A DNA stretch of 64,000 nucleotides. Origin: an uncultured Candidatus Saccharibacteria bacterium (lineage in GTDB: Bacteria > Patescibacteriota > Minisyncoccia > Phycocordibacterales > SBAW01). The stretch is taken from positions 347,032 through 411,031 of the forward strand of contig CAZYUH010000001.1 in the NCBI GenBank assembly GCA_964650645.1, in the 5' to 3' direction. The position numbers and the translations under genes were made by a program. The notes under the pieces were generated by a model, which was not told the DNA's origin, did no database searches, and saw nothing but the letters and a program-made list of their open reading frames with translations. This document shows positions 57,820 through 64,000 of the stretch, piece after piece; position 1 is the first letter of the stretch; every line of letters starts with the position of its first letter.

Positions 57820-58494
57820 ATGAGATCCCTAATAAAAAAACTGGTACGCAACCTTGGGTATGACATCCGGTTGGAGAATCTGAGCGTGGGGACCCGAGCC
57901 CTTGCGCTGTGGGAAACAGACGGGGAATTTTCGAATATATACGAGAATATAAGGAAGCGCTCGGTAGGCGACAAGCAGCGGGCTTTCATGCTCTGGCAGC
58001 TTGCACGAGGCCTTCGCGGCAATATAGCGGAAGTGGGTGTATACCGGGGCGGTACGTCGGCCCTGCTCGCGCTGTGCGCGCCGGAAAGCTCCATATATTC
58101 GTTTGATACGTTCGGCGAGGGCATGCCGCATACAAATCCAGAGTTTGATTTGCATGTGCGCGGCGATTTCAAGGTCGACAGCGGTGAGATCCTCGGCTAC
58201 CTGCGCCGATATCCGAACATAACGGCCTGTCCTGGATTTTTCCCCGATTCCGCCGCTTCAGTCGCTAGCAAGTCATTCGCTCTTATACATATCGACGTGG
58301 ATATCTACCAGTCATACAAAGACTCGCTCGAATTCTTCTATCCGCGCATGGAAAGGGGCGGCGTCATTGTCGCGGACGATTACGGGTTTACCAGCTGTCC
58401 GGGAGCAAAGCGGGCGTGGGACGATTTTTTTGCTGGAAAGCCGGAAAAGACCATATATTTGCCGACTGGGCAGGCTTTTGTTGTCAAGGGATAG
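57820..58494 (+). CDS. TylF/MycF-family class I SAM-dependent O-methyltransferase
   Basis: GNIAEVGVYRGGTS and HIDVDIYQSYKDSLEFFYPRMERGGVIVADDY are macrocin-O-MT-like. Confidence 0.8.
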   Translation: MRSLIKKLVRNLGYDIRLENLSVGTRALALWETDGEFSNIYENIRKRSVGDKQRAFMLWQLARGLRGNIAEVGVYRGGTSALLALCAPESSIYSFDTFGEGMPHTNPEFDLHVRGDFKVDSGEILGYLRRYPNITACPGFFPDSAASVASKSFALIHIDVDIYQSYKDSLEFFYPRMERGGVIVADDYGFTSCPGAKRAWDDFFAGKPEKTIYLPTGQAFVVKG

Positions 58495-58534
58495 GGGTTT
58501 GGAGTCAAGGAATGGCGATAGTATAGTCATTGCT

Positions 58535-59641
58535 ATGGTAAGAGCTCCGCGCCTGCTCTATGCGGTATTCGCACGACTGCCGACCGAGAAGGCGCACGGC
58601 GCCCAGATCGTCCGCACATGCGAGGCTTTGGCGCGCCAGGGCGCGGCGGTCGAGCTCGCGGTGCCGGGCCGGGCCACCCCGATCACTGAAGATGCCTTTT
58701 CCTACTACGGCGCAGAGCGCGTATTTTCCGTAACGCCGCTTAAGGTAAGGGATTGGGCCGGCCGGAGCCGCATCGGCTTCCTGCTCTCGTCCCTGCTGTT
58801 CGCGCGCCGGGTCGCCCTGCACGCCAGGGCGCATAGGCCGGATGTCATCTATTCGCGCGATAAGATTGTGCTTGTCGCGCTGAGGTTCCTGAGCGATGTG
58901 CCTTTGGTATGGGAAGTGCACGGCCGCGAGCCGGCGCTGGCTGTGCGCCTGCTGAAGAAGGCGAGGATTATAGCCATAACGGAAGGCATTAAAGACGAGC
59001 TGGCGCGGCAAGGGGTTCCGGATGAGCGCATGGCCGTAGCGCACGACGGCATAGACCTGCGCTCGTTTGCCCATGCGATCCCCAAAAAGGAATCCCGCCG
59101 CAGGCTTGGCCTTCCGCTCGATAAGAAGATAGCCCTCTACATTGGCAGGCTCGACGGCTGGAAGGGGACCGATACCCTGCTTGAGGCTTCTGTATTGCTG
59201 CCGGGCGAAGTGCAGGTGGTTATGATCGGCGGCGAGTCCGCGCAGGTCGAGGCGCTCAAGGCCAAATACCCCCGCGTCATTTTCTTGGGCTTCCTGCCGT
59301 ATCGCGATATAGCGCTAAACGAAGCGGCGGCGGATATCCTCGTGCTCCCCAACACCGCGCGCGACGCAACCTCGCTCAGGTACACGTCGCCGCTCAAGCT
59401 CTTTTCGTATATGGCATCGGGGATCCCCATGGTGGTATCGGACCTTCCGTCCTTGCGGGAGGTCGTATCAGAGAAGGAGGCTTTCTTTGTGCCGGCAGAC
59501 GACCCGCAGGCGCTCGCCCGGGCCATAACGGGCGCCCTGGATGCCTCCGACGGGCCCGTACGTGCCCTGCGCGCAAAAGAGAAGGTGGCCGAGTATACTT
59601 GGGACAAGCGCGCCGAGCGCATACAAGCCCTCATTACATGA
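58535..59641 (+). CDS. glycosyltransferase family 4
   Basis: C-terminal TSPLKLFSYMASGIPMVVSD. Confidence 0.8.
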   Translation: MVRAPRLLYAVFARLPTEKAHGAQIVRTCEALARQGAAVELAVPGRATPITEDAFSYYGAERVFSVTPLKVRDWAGRSRIGFLLSSLLFARRVALHARAHRPDVIYSRDKIVLVALRFLSDVPLVWEVHGREPALAVRLLKKARIIAITEGIKDELARQGVPDERMAVAHDGIDLRSFAHAIPKKESRRRLGLPLDKKIALYIGRLDGWKGTDTLLEASVLLPGEVQVVMIGGESAQVEALKAKYPRVIFLGFLPYRDIALNEAAADILVLPNTARDATSLRYTSPLKLFSYMASGIPMVVSDLPSLREVVSEKEAFFVPADDPQALARAITGALDASDGPVRALRAKEKVAEYTWDKRAERIQALIT

Positions 59642-60489
59642 CACCCTGCATCGTCTGCGGCTCAACGGAGCGTCAAGAGCTCGAGCTCAACGGACTCCCG
59701 CTTTTCAAATGCCTGTCCTGCGCCCTTATGCGGCGGCGGACGTTCGACATGCCGCTGTCCCATTACGAAGAGACCGACCCGCGCAGCTCGCCCGAGCGCA
59801 TCAGCGCGCGCCGGCGCAACGCGCACGACCGCATCCGCACGCTTTTCGCCGGCATTCCAAAGGACGGCGTGTGCGATGTCGGCACCGGCGAAGGGACTTT
59901 CCTGGCGGCCCTTGCGGAGGACGGAGGGTCGGGCGTCGGCATAGAGCCCGGCCGCCGCTATCGGGAAGAGGCGGCGCGCATGGGCGTGCGCATGGTGGGC
60001 GAGACCTTCAGCGATGTGCCGCGGGCGGTAAGGGAGGAGGGGGTGCGCACGCTTACGCTTTTCCATGTCATCGAGCATGTCGAGCGGCCGGATGAGATGC
60101 TGCGCCTGTTCTACGAGGCCCTGCCGCCGGGCGGCCGCGTCATTATTGAGACGCCCAACATGCATTCGCCCGTGCTAAGGGCGGCGAAGTACAGGGACCC
60201 GCTGGTATACCCCGAGCATCTCTACTATTTCAACGAGGACAACCTGCGCCGGCTCTTGGAGAATGCCGGATTCCGCGTGGCAGCGCAGGGCCGCCGCGAC
60301 TTCGACCAGTACAGCATGTCCCTGCGCCAATCCTTGCGCCGCCTGCTGCGCGCCCCGTACGGCGCGCCCGTACCGCTTGCTCCCGCCGTGCGGCAGGAAG
60401 GGTGGCGCGGCATGCTGCGCTCCTGGCTCTCCAGGCGGGTCATAGCGACGGGCCGGCTAAACTATATGTGGTTTGTCGCCCAAAAATAA
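59638..60489 (+). CDS. class I SAM-dependent methyltransferase with N-terminal Zn-ribbon (CxxC...CxxC)
   Basis: CIVCGS...CLSC. Motif I VCDVGTGEG. ATGA overlap with the upstream stop. Confidence 0.75.
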   Translation: MTPCIVCGSTERQELELNGLPLFKCLSCALMRRRTFDMPLSHYEETDPRSSPERISARRRNAHDRIRTLFAGIPKDGVCDVGTGEGTFLAALAEDGGSGVGIEPGRRYREEAARMGVRMVGETFSDVPRAVREEGVRTLTLFHVIEHVERPDEMLRLFYEALPPGGRVIIETPNMHSPVLRAAKYRDPLVYPEHLYYFNEDNLRRLLENAGFRVAAQGRRDFDQYSMSLRQSLRRLLRAPYGAPVPLAPAVRQEGWRGMLRSWLSRRVIATGRLNYMWFVAQK

Positions 60490-60493
60490 TCCC

Positions 60494-61129
60494 ATGTACG
60501 TATTCCAGCCTGATCGCATCCTCCTCAAGAAGCAGATAGCGGACGCCGCGCATTTCGTGCGGGGCTCGGTGCTTGATATCGGAGCGGGGCACTTCGACCG
60601 CTATAGCCGATTGTTTACCTACGACACGTACACCAAGACCGACATCAGCCATGCGGAGCATGTGGACATGGTCTGCACCGCCTACGATATCCCCGTGGCG
60701 GACGGCTCGTACGACTCGGTAGTATGCACGCAGGTATACGAGCATCTGGCCGACCCGTTCAGCGCGGCCCGCGAGATGCACCGCGTGCTGCGCCCGGGCG
60801 GGCACGCTATCGTCACGGTGCCCCAGATGAACGAGCTCCATGAGCAGCCGCACGACTACTTCAGGTATACGAGGTTCGGACTGAGCCACATGTTCGAAGG
60901 CGCGGGATTCGAAATCGTGGAGATGAATCAGCGCGGCGGCTATTACGCGACCGTGGCGCAGATAAGGATCGTGCATCTCATCGAGCTGTTAAGCCTCTAC
61001 GAGCGACCGATACTCGGCCGTTTCCTTGGGAAGCTCATCTATATATACGGCTCGTGGATGCTGACGCTCGACCGCGCCTTCCCCTCAAATACCCAGGCGA
61101 TCGGCTGGTGCGTCGTGCTGAAAAAATAA
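60494..61129 (+). CDS. class I SAM-dependent methyltransferase (Methyltransf_11-like)
   Basis: VLDIGAGH and VLRPGGHAIVTVP. Confidence 0.8.
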   Translation: MYVFQPDRILLKKQIADAAHFVRGSVLDIGAGHFDRYSRLFTYDTYTKTDISHAEHVDMVCTAYDIPVADGSYDSVVCTQVYEHLADPFSAAREMHRVLRPGGHAIVTVPQMNELHEQPHDYFRYTRFGLSHMFEGAGFEIVEMNQRGGYYATVAQIRIVHLIELLSLYERPILGRFLGKLIYIYGSWMLTLDRAFPSNTQAIGWCVVLKK

Positions 61130-61131
61130 CC

Positions 61132-62160
61132 ATGAGCGGCAGCACCCGTTTTATCGCCGTCCTTTTCGGCCCCTTGGGCGATACGCTTATGGCATTGGCG
61201 CTTTTCGACGATATCGTGCGGACGCGTCCCGATGCGGAGCTTGTCATTTTGGCCCGCAGGGGCGCCCGGATGGCGCGTGCGCTTGCTGCCGAGTATAAGG
61301 GCGTGCGGGTGGTCGAGCTCCCGACAGGCCTCGGGGCGGTTCTGCCGCTGGCGCGAGTGCTCATGCGCCCGGGCGCGACGCTCCTTATGCTGGGGCTGTC
61401 TTCCGCGCCGCTATCCGCGCCGCTCAGGGCCTTTTTGCGCGCCTTTGCGCTGGTGCCCGGCAACAAATCCATCGGCTTTTACGATCCCGTGCTCGATACC
61501 GTGCTTGAGTACCGCGTATCCGAACGGATATACCAGAACTTCCGCCGGATGCTGCCGCACGCGCTGCCCGAATGGAAGGATACGGCGAGACTGCCCTCGG
61601 TGCGCCTGCCGCAGGCAGAGCCGCCGGGGTTCCCGTTCCGGCCCGGCGCATATGCCGTTTTCCATCTTTTCGGTACGAGCATAAGGCATGCGCTGCCTCC
61701 CGAGCGCTGGCGTACGCTGCTCGAGCATGCCCGCAAGGCGCATCCGGATCTGGGACTGGTGCTCACCGGAACTGCGGCGGAACGGGGTGCTATAGCGGAG
61801 GTGAGCGAAGGGCTTGCCGTGCATATCGCGACAAGCCTTTCGATGTCCGAGCTTGCATGGGTGATAGCAAATGCCGCGCTGTATGTCGGCATCGATACTG
61901 GCGTCACGCATGTCGCGGGCGTGCTGGGGCAGAAGAGCGTGATTTTGCGCCATTGCAGCGATCCCTCATGGATACCGGACTATAATCCGCGTGCGCGCGT
62001 TGTGTATAATGCGGCGCAGTGCAACCCTGATGATCCAAGGCGCTGCCTGATGATCGAGGAGGGCGGTCGCAGCTACCGGCGCTGCGCTTTCTTTGTATCC
62101 GATGAATTGCTGCGCGAGTCGTTCGAGCTTGCGCTATCGTCTCCTTGCCGGACGGCGTAG
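61132..62160 (+). CDS. glycosyltransferase family 9 (heptosyltransferase-like), third paralog
   Basis: FIAVLFGPLGDTLMALALF and YVGIDTGVTHVAGVLGQKSVIL. Confidence 0.8.
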   Translation: MSGSTRFIAVLFGPLGDTLMALALFDDIVRTRPDAELVILARRGARMARALAAEYKGVRVVELPTGLGAVLPLARVLMRPGATLLMLGLSSAPLSAPLRAFLRAFALVPGNKSIGFYDPVLDTVLEYRVSERIYQNFRRMLPHALPEWKDTARLPSVRLPQAEPPGFPFRPGAYAVFHLFGTSIRHALPPERWRTLLEHARKAHPDLGLVLTGTAAERGAIAEVSEGLAVHIATSLSMSELAWVIANAALYVGIDTGVTHVAGVLGQKSVILRHCSDPSWIPDYNPRARVVYNAAQCNPDDPRRCLMIEEGGRSYRRCAFFVSDELLRESFELALSSPCRTA

Positions 62161-63404
62161 ACAAGGGTTGTTGATATGATTGTAGCGAAAGCTCCCACTG
62201 CGAGTTTCCCCCAAATAAGCCCCCATAAGCCCCCGAGAAGCATGCCTGCCACCGGGAATCCAAGCTGCGCGAGCGGCGTGATGAAATTGACGATATAGAG
62301 ATCGCGGGTGCGTCTGAGGGCGGTGAGGACGGTGAGGGGCAGGAAATGCGCCGCGCTGAGAAATATTCCCGCGCTGTACAGAAGCGCGTATGGCACCGCG
62401 TCGGCATAGGCGGGAAAGAACAACCGGAAAAGTATCGGCACGGCTATGAGGGACAGGAGCGTCACGCCCAGTCCGGCGGCGTACGCGAAGAGCATCTTGC
62501 GCAGCAAGAGGGAGCGTATGTCGGCCATGCTGCGCTCGGCGAATTTTGGCAGCGCCGCCGAGCCAAGGAATTTGAAAAACATCCCATTAAGCCGTTCGGG
62601 TACCGCGCTTGCGAAGCTGTATATCGCCAGCGGCACGGGCCCGAGTATCTGGAATACCATAACCCCTTCGAGCTGCCCCATAACGCCGCCGAACAGGTTC
62701 ATGAAGCTCAGGTGCTTGCCGTAGGAAAGGGCCTCCGGGTCGACGCGGTTGTTGGGCTTGTACGACCGGATCATGTGCTGGTACAGGAAGAAAAGCACCA
62801 CCACCTGCACGCCCAGGTTCGTGCCGAGCACCACCAGCGGCGAGCCGGAAAGGTACGCAGCGGCGATGAGGGACGCGTAATACAGCGCGCTGAATGTGAG
62901 CCCGTAAAGCGTGTTTCCTCGGAAATCCCTTCGCCCGACCTGCAACGCCCCGTACGTGTTGTACGCGTACAGCAGCGGCGTTCCCAGCGCGATGATGGCG
63001 AGCCCGCCGGCCAGCAGCAGGTTGCCGTGGTACCAGTAATATCCCGCGACGGCCAGCGCGCCTGCCAGCGGTATCGCGCCCCATTTGATCTGCATGGCGA
63101 CGGAAGCGGCGAGCGTTCCCTCGTACCCCTGGGCTACGGCGCGAGTGACCGCCGTATTCATGCCGGTCAGCGTAAACGCGGTAGCGATGGAGAAAAAAGA
63201 GAGCAGGTACTGATAGGTGCCGTATTCTTCCTTGGAGAGGAAATGGGCGTACGCTATATACAGCACTAATGATAGGAATGCGGTAAAAAATGCGTTCAGG
63301 TTGCTCCAGAAGCCGGTGTGGGCGAGATAGACCATGTCGGTCTTGGTGTATCTCTCGCTCCAGCGCAAGAGTCGGATAAGCGGGTCGCGGGCTTGCAATA
63401 GCAT
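62073..63404 (-). CDS. Wzx-like oligosaccharide flippase (MOP superfamily polysaccharide biosynthesis protein)
   Basis: 443 aa, about 12 TM helices, PST-family pattern. The 3' end overlaps the GT9 gene by 88 nt (convergent). Confidence 0.85.
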   Translation of the reverse strand: MLLQARDPLIRLLRWSERYTKTDMVYLAHTGFWSNLNAFFTAFLSLVLYIAYAHFLSKEEYGTYQYLLSFFSIATAFTLTGMNTAVTRAVAQGYEGTLAASVAMQIKWGAIPLAGALAVAGYYWYHGNLLLAGGLAIIALGTPLLYAYNTYGALQVGRRDFRGNTLYGLTFSALYYASLIAAAYLSGSPLVVLGTNLGVQVVVLFFLYQHMIRSYKPNNRVDPEALSYGKHLSFMNLFGGVMGQLEGVMVFQILGPVPLAIYSFASAVPERLNGMFFKFLGSAALPKFAERSMADIRSLLLRKMLFAYAAGLGVTLLSLIAVPILFRLFFPAYADAVPYALLYSAGIFLSAAHFLPLTVLTALRRTRDLYIVNFITPLAQLGFPVAGMLLGGLWGLIWGKLAVGAFATIISTTLVYAVRQGDDSASSNDSRSNSSDTKKAQRR

Positions 63405-63481
63405 GTAGGGCTATTCTACAACCTTCGCCGGAGTTGCGGGGTTTCGTGCGCGGTTGCCTCGCGTAAGCAGTTCGCGCTACT

Positions 63482-63778
63482 ATGCCTGTTAGATTGAACG
63501 GCATGCGCGAGGGTTTTATGGGCATGGTAGTCGGCGGAAGGACGCTCGCTACGGAGGCGGTCCTGAAAGGCATACAGAGGCATCTCAAATGCGAAGGCGA
63601 TCTTGAGGGCGATATCACGCACGCCATACGGACCGCCTACCGGTGGCAGGAGAAGGAGAAGGGAATCGCCTTTCACTGGAAGGCCGTCGGGGAGGGGTAT
63701 AGCGATTACAAGTACAGGACGGGCGAGCTGCCCGAATGCGTCTACCGCTATTATGCCGAAGTGGTCGATCCGCAATAG
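63482..63778 (+). CDS. hypothetical small protein (98 aa)
   Basis: Followed by a strong terminator. No domain recognised. Confidence 0.45.
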   Translation: MPVRLNGMREGFMGMVVGGRTLATEAVLKGIQRHLKCEGDLEGDITHAIRTAYRWQEKEKGIAFHWKAVGEGYSDYKYRTGELPECVYRYYAEVVDPQ

Positions 63779-63813
63779 TGGGTCTAAGTTGGATAGTTTG
63801 CCTGGTCTAATCC

Positions 63814-63853
63814 GCCCGGGCCGCCATCGCGGCCCGGGCATTTTCTTTTTTTT
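63814..63853 (+). terminator. rho-independent terminator
   Basis: GCCCGGGCCGC-CATC-GCGGCCCGGGC followed by ATTTTCTTTTTTTT. Confidence 0.75.
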
Positions 63854-63917
63854 GGGCCGTTGTGCCCGAGGGGCTGTGCGTGTATGGTCTTTAGAGACAA
63901 GCGCACAGGAGGGAAAT

Positions 63918-64000
63918 GTGCTGCACAAAATAAAAGACCATCTCTCAAAAAGCGCCGCAGCCTTTGCGGCGCTGAGCGAGGATGCCGTCCTGCACGAAGC
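63918..64000 (+). CDS. hypothetical protein, 3'-truncated at window edge (GTG start)
   Basis: GGAGGG SD 5 nt before a GTG. VLHKIKDHLSKSAAAFAALSEDAVLHE is open to the window end. Confidence 0.3.
   Translation, partial: MLHKIKDHLSKSAAAFAALSEDAVLHE

Overview
High-GC bacterial chromosomal segment. Small-genome, CPR/Patescibacteria-like traits are visible in the sequence: unlinked rRNA genes, a group I intron in the 23S rRNA, divergent 16S universal regions, lamin-tail-domain proteins, many small ORFs and sparse Shine-Dalgarno use. Gene order along the window: (1) a 5'-truncated peptidoglycan-binding protein, then an isolated rplJ-rplL operon. (2) A 23S-5S rRNA unit with a strong sigma70-type promoter and an 18-bp processing stem; the 23S carries a 350-nt ORF-less group I intron at the I-CreI/E. 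coli 2593 homing site. (3) FtsW/RodA, a polysaccharide-priming cassette (GT4, polyprenyl sugar-phosphate transferase, epimerase), folD, secD, secF and a P-loop kinase. (4) A separate 16S rRNA gene with its own promoter, followed by tRNA-Ile(GAU). (5) An RND efflux pair (adaptor plus pump), a TrmH methyltransferase, tRNA-Leu(CAG), a fasciclin protein and an SPFH protein. (6) A cell-wall cluster: a frameshifted bpt/ate-like gene, a Mur ligase, a class IV aminotransferase, murA, murB and a YfiH/PgeF-like gene. (7) rsmI and several hypothetical genes. (8) A soluble VirD4/TraD-like coupling-protein ATPase directly upstream of a surface lamin-tail/PKD protein. (9) A ~23 kb surface-glycan island from about 40.5 kb to the window end: NAD-dependent epimerase/dehydratase genes, five or more GT4, three GT9, one GT2 GtrB-like, GtrA, a polytopic GT-C-like membrane protein, two AsnB amidotransferases, five SAM methyltransferases, an HD (p)ppGpp-hydrolase-like protein and a Wzx flippase. 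No CRISPR array, transposase or integrase was found. The most interesting signals are the 23S intron, a 16S 3' tail that lacks the CCUCC anti-Shine-Dalgarno, promoter-proximal terminator-like hairpins in both rRNA leaders, the coupling-protein/LTD pair as a candidate DNA uptake or transfer module, and the heavily methylating and amidating glycan island with an embedded Gtr-like three-component extracytoplasmic glycosylation system.
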